DNA of 64,000 nucleotides, taken from NCBI RefSeq assembly GCF_000026545.1, contig NC_011601.1, one strand, 5' to 3'. This document shows, in pieces, positions 1 to 10,797 of the stretch (its first letter is position 1; the number at the start of each line of letters is the position of its first letter). The stretch is from Escherichia coli O127:H6 str. E2348/69 (GTDB lineage: Bacteria > Pseudomonadota > Gammaproteobacteria > Enterobacterales > Enterobacteriaceae). Under the pieces are notes generated by a model. That model saw only the letters and a list, made by a program, of their open reading frames with translations. It searched no databases and had not been told where the DNA came from. The position numbers and the translations under genes were made by a program.

Positions 1-53
1 GCCCCTGAAAAGGGTGCGTGAGTATACCCTTTTTCTCTTTTTCGTGGGCGGTT

Positions 54-557
54 ATGAGCAATCTTACTTATCTTCAGGGTTATCCCGAGCAGCTACTTTC
101 CCAGGTGCGAACGCTGATTAACGAACAGCGTCTGGGCGATGTGCTGGCAAAACGTTATCCGGGAACACACGACTACGCCACCGATAAAGCCCTCTGGCAA
201 TATACCCAGGATCTTAAAAATCAGTTTCTGCGCAATGCCCCGCCGATCAATAAAGTGATGTATGACAATAAGATCCACGTGCTGAAAAACGCGCTCGGAT
301 TACATAATGCTGTCTCGCGTGTGCAGGGCGGCAAGCTGAAAGCAAAAGCAGAGATCCGCGTCGCTACCGTGTTTCGCAACGCGCCGGAACCGTTTTTGCG
401 CATGATCGTGGTGCACGAGCTGGCGCACCTGAAGGAGAAAGAGCATAACAAAGCGTTTTACCAGTTGTGCTGTCATATGGAACCGCAGTACCACCAGCTT
501 GAGTTCGACACCCGGCTGTGGCTAACGCAGTTGTCGCTTGGGCAGGACAAAATCTGA
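54..557 (+). CDS. ygjP: Metal-dependent hydrolase YgjP (UTP pyrophosphatase family)
   Basis: ORF 18..557; internal Met gives 167 aa; HExxH motif (VVHELAHL); synteny with ygjQ-ygjR-alx. Confidence 0.8.
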   Translation: MSNLTYLQGYPEQLLSQVRTLINEQRLGDVLAKRYPGTHDYATDKALWQYTQDLKNQFLRNAPPINKVMYDNKIHVLKNALGLHNAVSRVQGGKLKAKAEIRVATVFRNAPEPFLRMIVVHELAHLKEKEHNKAFYQLCCHMEPQYHQLEFDTRLWLTQLSLGQDKI

Positions 558-633
558 AAATGATGTCAGGCGTTATTTTTTCCTCCTTTAGCGCCTAAAA
601 TCGACCTCCCCCCTTTCGTTAAGGATAACGACC

Positions 634-1326
634 ATGCTGCGCTTATTTGCCCACCTTCTTCTCCGTATTTGTTTTTCTCGCCGGACTCTTAAAATTGGCT
701 GTTTATTGTTGCTTATAGCAGGAGCGACCATTTTTATTGCCGATCGCGTTATGGTCAACGCCAGCAAGCAGCTGACCTGGAGTGATGTCAACGCCGTTCC
801 GGCGCGGAACGTGGGTTTATTGCTGGGGGCGAGGCCGGGTAATCGCTACTTTACCCGACGTATTGATAGCGCCGCAGAGTTGTACCACGCCGGAAAAGTG
901 AAATGGCTATTGGTGAGCGGCGATAATGGACGTAAAAATTACGATGAAGCGTCAGGAATGCAGCAAGCCTTGATCGCTAAAGGCGTACCGGCGAAAGTGA
1001 TCTTCTGCGACTATGCCGGATTCTCAACGCTTGATTCGGTGGTGCGTGCCAAAAAGGTGTTTGGGGAAAACCATATCACCATTATTTCGCAAGAATTTCA
1101 TAACCAACGCGCCATCTGGCTGGCAAAACAGTACGGCATCGACGCTATCGGCTTTAACGCGCCAGACCTCAATATGAAGCACGGTTTTTATACTCAGTTA
1201 CGGGAGAAACTCGCCAGAGTCAGCGCGGTGATTGACGCAAAAATCCTCCATCGCCAGCCGAAATATCTCGGGCCATCGGTCATGATTGGGCCGTTTAGTG
1301 AGCATGGCTGTCCGGCAAAAGAATAA
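634..1326 (+). CDS. ygjQ: DUF218 (SanA/YdcF-like) membrane-anchored protein
   Basis: 230-aa ORF, N-terminal hydrophobic segment; synteny. Confidence 0.8.
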   Translation: MLRLFAHLLLRICFSRRTLKIGCLLLLIAGATIFIADRVMVNASKQLTWSDVNAVPARNVGLLLGARPGNRYFTRRIDSAAELYHAGKVKWLLVSGDNGRKNYDEASGMQQALIAKGVPAKVIFCDYAGFSTLDSVVRAKKVFGENHITIISQEFHNQRAIWLAKQYGIDAIGFNAPDLNMKHGFYTQLREKLARVSAVIDAKILHRQPKYLGPSVMIGPFSEHGCPAKE

Positions 1327-1404
1327 TGCGTATCTGCGCACGTCGAAGATAAAAAAGGCGTGCTACAGTGACGAGAGAATCCCTTTATGGAGTATCCACG
1401 CGTT

Positions 1405-2391
1405 ATGATACGTTTCGCTGTGATTGGTACGAACTGGATCACTCGCCAGTTCGTCGAGGCCGCCCATGAGAGCGGTAAATACAAGTTAACCGCCGTTTAT
1501 TCCCGCAGTCTTGAACAGGCCCAGCACTTCGCCAATGATTTTTCTGTCGAGCATCTGTTTACGTCGCTGGAAGCGATGGCAGAAAGCGATGCCATTGACG
1601 CGGTGTATATTGCCAGCCCGAATTCCCTGCACTTTTCCCAGACACAACTTTTCCTTAGTCACAAAATTCATGTGATTTGCGAGAAACCGCTGGCGTCGAA
1701 TCTGGCGGAAGTGGATGCCGCCATTGCCTGTGCGCGGGAAAATCAGGTGGTGCTGTTTGAGGCATTTAAAACGGCCTACCTGCCGAACTTTCATCTGTTA
1801 CGCCAGGCGCTGCCGAAAGTCGGCAAACTGCGTAAAGTCTTTTTCAACTATTGCCAGTATTCCTCGCGGTATCAGCGTTACCTGGACGGAGAGAATCCCA
1901 ACACCTTCAATCCGGCATTCTCCAACGGTTCGATTATGGATATCGGCTTTTACTGCCTGGCGTCGGCGGTGGCATTATTCGGTGAACCGAAAAGCGTGCA
2001 GGCAACCGCCAGTTTGCTGGCAAGTGGTGTGGATGCCCACGGCGTGGTGGTGATGGATTACGGTGATTTCAGCGTTACGTTGCAGCACTCAAAAGTGAGC
2101 GATTCTGTCCTGGCAAGCGAGATTCAGGGCGAAGCGGGATCGCTGGTGATTGAAAAACTGTCTGAATGCCAGAAAGTCTGCTTTGTATCGCGTGGCAGCC
2201 AGATGCAGGATCTCACCCAGCCACAGCATATTAATACCATGCTCTACGAAGCAGAGCTGTTCGCTACCCTAGTGGATGAGCATCTGGTGAATCATCCAGG
2301 GCTGGCGGTCAGTCACATCACCGCCAAACTGCTGACTGAGATCCGCCGCCAGACTGGGGTGATTTTTCCGGCAGATAACGTAAAACTATAA
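1405..2391 (+). CDS. ygjR: Gfo/Idh/MocA-family NAD(P)-dependent oxidoreductase
   Basis: ORF 1387..2391; start at MIRFAVIGTNW gives 328 aa; Rossmann N-terminus. Confidence 0.8.
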   Translation: MIRFAVIGTNWITRQFVEAAHESGKYKLTAVYSRSLEQAQHFANDFSVEHLFTSLEAMAESDAIDAVYIASPNSLHFSQTQLFLSHKIHVICEKPLASNLAEVDAAIACARENQVVLFEAFKTAYLPNFHLLRQALPKVGKLRKVFFNYCQYSSRYQRYLDGENPNTFNPAFSNGSIMDIGFYCLASAVALFGEPKSVQATASLLASGVDAHGVVVMDYGDFSVTLQHSKVSDSVLASEIQGEAGSLVIEKLSECQKVCFVSRGSQMQDLTQPQHINTMLYEAELFATLVDEHLVNHPGLAVSHITAKLLTEIRRQTGVIFPADNVKL

Positions 2392-2423
2392 TTGCCAAAG
2401 TAAAACAGTGTAAAAGGCATGTA

Positions 2424-2673
2424 ACAGACCATTGACTGACTGAATGGTCTGTCATACTTTGTTACCTGCAAAGGGGAGTAACTTCATTGTCGGTCGATCG
2501 TCATTACGATGTGTGAAAAACCACATCCGGTCACCGGGCAACCCGAAAGGAATACGCAGACGTATTCCTTTTTTGTTGTAAGTGAGACCTTGCCGGAAGG
2601 CGAGGTCTATGCATAAAAAGCAGCGGCTGACGTCTTCCGACGTTGGCCGTTTTTTTATGTGTAAGGAACTTCT
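2424..2673 (+). promoter_or_regulatory. alx 5' leader (pH/Mn2+-responsive riboswitch-type element) with two hairpin + U-tract structures
   Basis: Hairpin aaaggaatacg..cgtattcc + T6 at 2546-2575; hairpin ggctgacgtc..gacgttggcc + T7 at 2625-2657 immediately 5' of the alx SD (gtaaggaa) and ATG at 2674. Confidence 0.55.
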
Positions 2674-3639
2674 ATGAATACTGTCGGCACGCCGTTGCTA
2701 TGGGGCGGATTCGCTGTTGTTGTCACCATTATGCTGGCTATCGACCTGTTGTTGCAGGGGCGTCGTGGGGCACATGCCATGACCATGAAACAGGCTGCGG
2801 CCTGGTCGCTGGTCTGGGTGACGCTGTCGTTACTGTTTAACGCCGCTTTCTGGTGGTATCTGGTGCAAACCGAAGGTCGCGCCGTTGCCGATCCACAAGC
2901 ACTGGCCTTTCTCACGGGTTATCTGATTGAGAAATCGCTGGCGGTCGATAACGTCTTTGTCTGGCTGATGTTGTTCAGCTATTTCTCTGTTCCGGCGGCA
3001 TTACAACGCCGCGTGCTGGTGTATGGCGTGCTTGGGGCGATTGTTCTGCGTACCATCATGATCTTCACCGGTAGCTGGCTGATTTCACAGTTCGACTGGA
3101 TCTTGTATATCTTCGGCGCATTCCTGCTGTTTACCGGCGTGAAGATGGCGCTCGCTCATGAAGATGAATCAGGCATTGGCGACAAGCCGCTGGTGCGCTG
3201 GCTACGCGGTCATTTGCGCATGACCGACACCATCGACAACGAGCATTTCTTTGTGCGTAAAAATGGTTTGTTGTATGCCACGCCGCTGATGCTGGTGCTG
3301 ATTCTGGTGGAGTTGAGCGACGTGATTTTCGCCGTGGATAGTATTCCGGCTATCTTCGCCGTGACCACCGATCCGTTTATTGTGCTGACCTCAAACCTGT
3401 TTGCGATCCTCGGCCTGCGTGCGATGTATTTCCTGCTGGCAGGTGTGGCAGAGCGTTTCTCGATGCTCAAATATGGTCTGGCGGTGATTCTGGTGTTTAT
3501 CGGTATCAAGATGCTGATTGTCGACTTCTACCATATTCCGATCGCCGTCTCGCTGGGCGTGGTGTTTGGCATTCTGGTGATGACGTTTATTATCAACGCC
3601 TGGGTGAATTATCGGCATGATAAGCAGCGGGTAGAATAA
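2674..3639 (+). CDS. alx: TerC-family inner membrane protein Alx (putative Mn2+ exporter)
   Basis: 321-aa ORF, multi-pass membrane protein; synteny. Confidence 0.9.
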   Translation: MNTVGTPLLWGGFAVVVTIMLAIDLLLQGRRGAHAMTMKQAAAWSLVWVTLSLLFNAAFWWYLVQTEGRAVADPQALAFLTGYLIEKSLAVDNVFVWLMLFSYFSVPAALQRRVLVYGVLGAIVLRTIMIFTGSWLISQFDWILYIFGAFLLFTGVKMALAHEDESGIGDKPLVRWLRGHLRMTDTIDNEHFFVRKNGLLYATPLMLVLILVELSDVIFAVDSIPAIFAVTTDPFIVLTSNLFAILGLRAMYFLLAGVAERFSMLKYGLAVILVFIGIKMLIVDFYHIPIAVSLGVVFGILVMTFIINAWVNYRHDKQRVE

Positions 3640-3710
3640 TTTTTAATCTGCCTAAGCCGTGTACTCTGTCATCAACATGAGCACCGTTTTCTCCCTCTCC
3701 CCAAAAGGGG

Positions 3711-5260
3711 CTGTCTCTTATACACAAATCCCCACCCGGGGATTTGTGATGTCTGTCAGTCTGCTTTAGGGGGACTCTTTCCATCCGGTAGTTTCCTTCC
3801 TCCCCGGCAGCGATTTTTTGAACTTTTTCCTCACCCGTTGATCTTCTCTTATATTTCATTTTCTTCGGGTCTGTTATGGTACTTTCTGATTGTTATTCAT
3901 GGGCTAACGAGCAGTTTGGACATGCCCGTCTCGGTGATCCGCGTCGTACACGACGCCTTGTGTCACTGGCCTCTTCTCTCGCTCAGCATGCAGGTCTTTC
4001 TATTGTGAAATCATCCCAGTCCACTGCTCAGGTTGAAGGTGCGTACCGCCTGATACGTAACCCGTCTGTGTCCCCGCAAGCCATTGCCGAAGCCGGATTT
4101 ACCGCCACTGTAAGGGCATGTGAGGCTCATCCGCTGCTCCTCGCGCTGGAAGACACCACCACCATTAACTTCAGTCACAGTACGGCATCTGATGACCTGG
4201 GGAATACCACCACTAACCCGAAGACGCGCGGGCTGCTGGCTCACTCTGTCCTGATGTACGCCCCCGACAGCGCCCTGCCAGTCGGTCTTATCGAACAGCA
4301 GCGCTGGAGTCGTGCCACGGACACCTACGGTGTTAAGCACCAGCGAAAAGAACGTCCCTATGAAGAAAAAGAAAGTTACCGCTGGCAGCAGGCTTCGGAG
4401 CGCATGGCCGAACGGCTGGGGGAGATACAGAAACGGGTAATCACTGTCTGTGACCGGGAAGCGGATATCTGGCATTACCTGCATTATAAAGTCAGCCACG
4501 GGCAGCGCTTCGTGGTGCGTGCAGCACAGAATCGCCGGCTGGAAGAAGCACCCGGCAAGCTCTTCGAACTGCCGGAAGTCCTGGCAACCGCGGGAAGCCA
4601 CACGCTGAATGTGATGCAAAAAGGCGGGCGGGCAGCCCGCCAGGCCCGGATGTTCATCAGTTACAGCGAAGTCAGCATAAAAAACCCCGACAACAGCGGC
4701 CAGGCGCTCCCGCTCACGTATGTCTGTTGCCGGGAGCAGGCAGAGGACGGCGCCTGCTGGCATCTGCTGACGTCAGAAAAAGTGGCGAGTGCCGCCGATG
4801 CGCGACGTATCGTCAGCCATTACGAGCGACGCTGGCTGATAGAGGAATACCACAAGGCGTGGAAAAGTGGTGGTACATGTGTGGAATCGCTGCGAATGCA
4901 GACCCGGGATAACCTCGAGCGCATGGTGGTTATCAAGGCGTTTATCGCGGTGCGGGTGCTGGGCCTGCGGCAGGGCGGTATCAGTGAAGAAACACAAAAT
5001 GACAGCTGTGAGAAAATACTGACGCCGACAGAGTGGAAACTGCTGTGGGTTAAGCTGGAAGGAAAACCGCTTCCGTCACAGATGCCGACACTGAAATGGG
5101 CCTGTCTGAAACTGGCGAAACTGGGGCGATGGCATGACAGCAAACGCACCGGTCGCCCCGGTTGGGTAGTCATGTGGGATGGCTGGTTCAGACTTCAGGA
5201 TATGGTTGAGGGTTACCTGGTGATGAAGTCTCTTGATCAGGAGATCTGATCAAGAGACAG
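3711..5260 (+). mobile_element. IS4-family insertion sequence, IS50/Tn5-like (about 1550 bp)
   Basis: Left end ctgtctcttatacacaaat (3711-3729) and right end agatctgatcaagagacag (5242-5260), inverted; one transposase ORF; flanked by identical ccaaaagggg at 3701-3710 and 5261-5270. Confidence 0.85.
3876..5249 (+). CDS. DDE transposase, IS4 family (Tn5 Tnp-like)
   Basis: 457-aa ORF; LGDPRRT N-terminal motif, catalytic-region motifs ALEDTT, VCDREADI, YERRWLIEEYHKAW; stop codon lies inside the right terminal repeat as in IS50. Confidence 0.9.
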   Translation: MVLSDCYSWANEQFGHARLGDPRRTRRLVSLASSLAQHAGLSIVKSSQSTAQVEGAYRLIRNPSVSPQAIAEAGFTATVRACEAHPLLLALEDTTTINFSHSTASDDLGNTTTNPKTRGLLAHSVLMYAPDSALPVGLIEQQRWSRATDTYGVKHQRKERPYEEKESYRWQQASERMAERLGEIQKRVITVCDREADIWHYLHYKVSHGQRFVVRAAQNRRLEEAPGKLFELPEVLATAGSHTLNVMQKGGRAARQARMFISYSEVSIKNPDNSGQALPLTYVCCREQAEDGACWHLLTSEKVASAADARRIVSHYERRWLIEEYHKAWKSGGTCVESLRMQTRDNLERMVVIKAFIAVRVLGLRQGGISEETQNDSCEKILTPTEWKLLWVKLEGKPLPSQMPTLKWACLKLAKLGRWHDSKRTGRPGWVVMWDGWFRLQDMVEGYLVMKSLDQEI

Positions 5261-5522
5261 CCAAAAGGGGCGAGGGGACTGACCGAGTACTTTTTTGACG
5301 TTGTCATCAGTCTGGAAGCCGCACGTTGGGCTTTATTTTCATGTCAAACAAATGTAACCATTAAGTTGCGAAATATGACTTCTCTTTAAAATCCAGCATA
5401 TTTCGCTTCCCGAAGCTGTAACTTTCCTTATACTCGACCTTGCAAACACTTTGTTACATCCTGAAAGATGCGTCGACAGAACGCACCAGGGATGTGCGAC
5501 AACACAATGAAAGGATCGAAAA

Positions 5523-6767
5523 ATGACTACGCAACATTCACCGGGGCTATTCCGGCGTCTGGCTCATGGCAGCCTGGTAAAACAAATCCTGGTCGGCCTT
5601 ATTCTGGGGATTCTTCTGGCATGGATCTCAAAACCCGCGGCGGAAGCTGTTGGTCTATTAGGTACTTTGTTCGTCGGCGCACTGAAAGCCGTTGCCCCCA
5701 TCCTGGTGTTGATGCTGGTAATGGCATCTATTGCTAACCACCAGCACGGGCAGAAAACCAATATCCGCCCTATTTTGTTCCTCTATCTGCTGGGCACCTT
5801 CTCTGCTGCTCTGGCCGCAGTGATCTTCAGTTTTGCCTTCCCTTCTACCCTGCACTTGTCCAGTAGCGCGGGTGATATTTCGCCGCCGTCAGGCATTGTA
5901 GAAGTGATGCGCGGGCTGGTAATGAGCATGGTTTCCAACCCCATTGACGCGCTGCTGAAAGGTAACTACATCGGGATCCTGGTGTGGGCAATTGGCCTCG
6001 GTTTCTCACTGCGTCACGGTAACGAGACCACCAAAAACCTGGTCAACGATATGTCGAATGCCGTCACCTTTATGGTGAAACTGGTGATTCGCTTCGCACC
6101 GATCGGTATTTTTGGTCTGGTTTCTTCTACCCTGGCAACCACCGGTTTCTCCACGCTGTGGGGCTACGCGCAACTGCTGGTGGTACTGGTTGGCTGTATG
6201 CTGCTGGTGGCGCTGGTGGTTAACCCACTGCTGGTATGGTGGAAAATTCGTCGTAACCCGTTCCCGCTGGTGCTGCTGTGCCTGCGCGAAAGCGGCGTGT
6301 ATGCCTTCTTCACCCGCAGCTCTGCGGCGAACATTCCGGTGAATATGGCGCTGTGTGAAAAGCTGAATCTGGATCGCGATACCTATTCCGTTTCTATTCC
6401 GCTGGGAGCCACCATCAATATGGCGGGCGCAGCAATCACCATTACCGTGTTGACGCTGGCTGCGGTTAATACGCTGGGTATTCCGGTTGATCTGCCCACA
6501 GCGCTGCTGTTGAGCGTAGTGGCTTCTCTGTGTGCCTGTGGCGCATCCGGCGTGGCGGGGGGGTCTCTGTTGCTGATCCCACTGGCCTGTAATATGTTCG
6601 GTATTTCGAACGATATCGCCATGCAGGTGGTTGCTGTCGGCTTTATTATCGGCGTATTGCAGGACTCCTGTGAAACCGCGCTGAACTCGTCAACTGACGT
6701 GCTATTCACTGCGGCAGCTTGCCAGGCGGAAGACGATCGTCTGGCAAATAGCGCCCTGCGTAACTAA
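5523..6767 (+). CDS. sstT: Serine/threonine:Na+ symporter
   Basis: 414-aa ORF, polytopic membrane protein, recognised sequence. Confidence 0.95.
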   Translation: MTTQHSPGLFRRLAHGSLVKQILVGLILGILLAWISKPAAEAVGLLGTLFVGALKAVAPILVLMLVMASIANHQHGQKTNIRPILFLYLLGTFSAALAAVIFSFAFPSTLHLSSSAGDISPPSGIVEVMRGLVMSMVSNPIDALLKGNYIGILVWAIGLGFSLRHGNETTKNLVNDMSNAVTFMVKLVIRFAPIGIFGLVSSTLATTGFSTLWGYAQLLVVLVGCMLLVALVVNPLLVWWKIRRNPFPLVLLCLRESGVYAFFTRSSAANIPVNMALCEKLNLDRDTYSVSIPLGATINMAGAAITITVLTLAAVNTLGIPVDLPTALLLSVVASLCACGASGVAGGSLLLIPLACNMFGISNDIAMQVVAVGFIIGVLQDSCETALNSSTDVLFTAAACQAEDDRLANSALRN

Positions 6768-6770
6768 TAC

Positions 6771-7322
6771 TTAGCCCCTTTCGTCTACGGCGGAAGGGGT
6801 TTTCTCCACTTTAAACGGATCAATTCCCCTTCTCTGCATACGCCAGAAACGAATGATATTCAGGCCATTCATCAGCAGAAAACTGCCTTCAATCATCGTG
6901 CCGCCTATCGACCCCGCCCAGAAGTTGTGAATCACCCAGCAACACGTTGAAAACCACATTACGCAGCGCATGGTCAGCCCTTTACAGCGGAACAGCGCCC
7001 AGGTACTGACAATCGTGCCGATTACCGGCAATAGTTCGACAGGATGATGGAACTTCGCGAGGCCAATTCCGCCAGTCAGCACAATAAAAATCGCCATTAC
7101 CCATAAGCTGCGCGTGCGTAAGGTAATCAATGTACGAATGGCATTAAGGATGGCACTGGCACCGGCAGGATAGGTGCCCAGAAGAAAAAAATGTACGCCA
7201 ATAACGGCGCTATAGACCGAAAGTTGCTTTTTGAAGCGACGTTCGTCACGATTGAAAAATGTTGTGATACCAATCAGAAAGGCGATGACACCCACGCCCT
7301 GGGCCAGCCAATACGCGGTCAT
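6771..7322 (-). CDS. ygjV: Inner membrane protein YgjV
   Basis: 183-aa hydrophobic ORF; synteny between sstT and uxaA. Confidence 0.85.
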   Translation of the reverse strand: MTAYWLAQGVGVIAFLIGITTFFNRDERRFKKQLSVYSAVIGVHFFLLGTYPAGASAILNAIRTLITLRTRSLWVMAIFIVLTGGIGLAKFHHPVELLPVIGTIVSTWALFRCKGLTMRCVMWFSTCCWVIHNFWAGSIGGTMIEGSFLLMNGLNIIRFWRMQRRGIDPFKVEKTPSAVDERG

Positions 7323-7404
7323 GATAAATCCTTAGCAGGTATGGAAAAGCAAACGGCGCTTCACATTATGAAACGCCGTTTTTTATTAACAACTCATTTC
7401 GACT

Positions 7405-8892
7405 TTATAGCGTTACGCCGCTTTTGAAGATCGCCAGTTCGCGGAAGTCGTTACGCTCGTTACAGGTTTGCTTACCGTTGGCAAACTCAACGATGGTGTC
7501 GATAAATTCTTCCAGCAACTGCGGCATCGCTTTACCGTGGATCAGCTGACCCGCGTCAAAGTCGATCCAGTGTTTTTTCTTCGCCGCCAGTTCGCTGTTG
7601 GTGGCGATTTTCACCGTCGGTACAAATCCGCCGTACGGCGTGCCGCGACCGGTACTGAACAGCACCATATGGCAGCCCGCACCCGCCAGGGCGCTGGTCG
7701 CTACGGCATCGTTACCCGGCGCACTTAACAAGTTCAGCCCCGGCGTTTTCAGACGCTCGCCGTAACGCAGCACGTCAACCACGACGCTGGAACCCGCTTT
7801 CTGGGTACAGCCAAGTGATTTGTCTTCCAGCGTGGTGATACCGCCCGCTTTGTTCCCCGGCGATGGGTTTTCATAGATCGGCTGGTCATGGGCAATAAAG
7901 TACTGCTTGAAGTCATTGACCATGGTGACCAGTTTTTCAAACGTTGCTTCGTCGCGACAATGGTCCATCAGCAACTGCTCTGCGCCAAACATCTCCGGCA
8001 CTTCGGTCAGTACGGTAGTACCGCCGTTAGCAATCACGTAGTCAGAGAAACGCCCCAGCATCGGGTTAGCAGTAATACCAGAAAGACCGTCAGAACCACC
8101 GCACTCCAGACCAAACTTCAGTTCGCTGAGTTTGCCCGGCTCGCGTTTATCGTTGCGCATCACGCTATACAGCTGATGCAAATGCGCGATCCCGGCCTCG
8201 ATTTCATCATCCTGCTGTTGGCAGATCATGAAATGAACGCGTTCAGGATCGATATCGCCCAACGTTTCACGGAATGCGGCAACCTGGTTATTTTCGCAAC
8301 CCAGACCAATCACCAGCACTGCGCCCGCGTTCGGGTGGCGCACCATGTTTTGCAGCATGGTGCGAGTATTGATGTGATCGTCGCCCAGTTGTGAGCAGCC
8401 GTAGGTGTGGCTGAAGAGGAACACGCCGTCGGTACCTTCAGCGTTGTTGGTCTCTTTCAGGAAACGATTTTGGATCTGCCGCGCGATGCCGTTGACACAG
8501 CCCACGGTTGGCAGGATCCACAGCTCATTACGCACCCCGACATCGCCGTTAGCGCGACGATAGATCTGCACTTCACGATCTGCCGCTTGCGCAGGCAGAT
8601 TCTGAAAATCAGGTTGATAGCGATACTGATCCAGATCGCTCAGATTCGTGCGCGTATTGTGGGCGTGAACGTGTTCCCCCGCCGCAATATCCGCCAATGC
8701 ATAACCAATCGGCAGGCCATATTTAATGACGTTGGCCCCTTTTGCGATATCCGTTAACGCAAATTTATGTCCACGAGCAACATCCTGGCGCAGCGTAACA
8801 GTCTGGTTATCGACACTGACTTCTGTGCCTTCAGCCAAATCCGCTAAAGCAACCGCGACGTTATCCAGCGCATGGATCTTGATGTATTGCAT
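7405..8892 (-). CDS. uxaA: Altronate dehydratase
   Basis: 495-aa ORF; recognised sequence; operon with uxaC. Confidence 0.95.
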   Translation of the reverse strand: MQYIKIHALDNVAVALADLAEGTEVSVDNQTVTLRQDVARGHKFALTDIAKGANVIKYGLPIGYALADIAAGEHVHAHNTRTNLSDLDQYRYQPDFQNLPAQAADREVQIYRRANGDVGVRNELWILPTVGCVNGIARQIQNRFLKETNNAEGTDGVFLFSHTYGCSQLGDDHINTRTMLQNMVRHPNAGAVLVIGLGCENNQVAAFRETLGDIDPERVHFMICQQQDDEIEAGIAHLHQLYSVMRNDKREPGKLSELKFGLECGGSDGLSGITANPMLGRFSDYVIANGGTTVLTEVPEMFGAEQLLMDHCRDEATFEKLVTMVNDFKQYFIAHDQPIYENPSPGNKAGGITTLEDKSLGCTQKAGSSVVVDVLRYGERLKTPGLNLLSAPGNDAVATSALAGAGCHMVLFSTGRGTPYGGFVPTVKIATNSELAAKKKHWIDFDAGQLIHGKAMPQLLEEFIDTIVEFANGKQTCNERNDFRELAIFKSGVTL

Positions 8893-8906
8893 ATCAACCC
8901 CAGACC

Positions 8907-10421
<1,515 letters not shown>

Positions 10422-10797
10422 TCAATAAACGTAGTTAAAAAAATTACTCTCAAAGTGGTAAATCTCGCTGCAAGCCGCGCCAGTACTGGCCTCGCCGTCG
10501 TCAGGTAATGTCCCTACAAATATTCGCACATTTGTGATGGCTCTCACCTTTTAAAGTTGTATGACAAGTTATCTTTCTGCCGTCGCAAATCATAAGTCGA
10601 CGGAATGCAAATTGCCGATTCATTTGTTAGATGAATCGGGTTAACCGGTACGGAAGCCGAATTAGCACGAAACTTTCATGGCAACGTTCGGGGCGTGCCG
10701 GTTTTTTTTCGGTTACCCGGTCGTAACTAACATCTTCAGCCTCTGGCGGGATGATGGCCGCGCTTCCTGCGGATATAACAAAACGATGAGGTTTTAC

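Noticed and set aside
3593-3859. 88-aa minus-strand ORF spanning the alx 3' end and the IS left end
   Set aside because: Crosses the IS boundary and overlaps alx; no ribosome-binding site; chance ORF.
4011-4763. 250-aa minus-strand ORF inside the IS
   Set aside because: Fully antisense to the transposase gene, no ribosome-binding site, and IS50-type elements encode Tnp (and Inh) on one strand only; a long chance ORF in GC-rich DNA.
5468-5737. 89-aa plus-strand ORF upstream of and overlapping sstT
   Set aside because: Out of frame with sstT and overlaps its start; sstT has the recognisable start.
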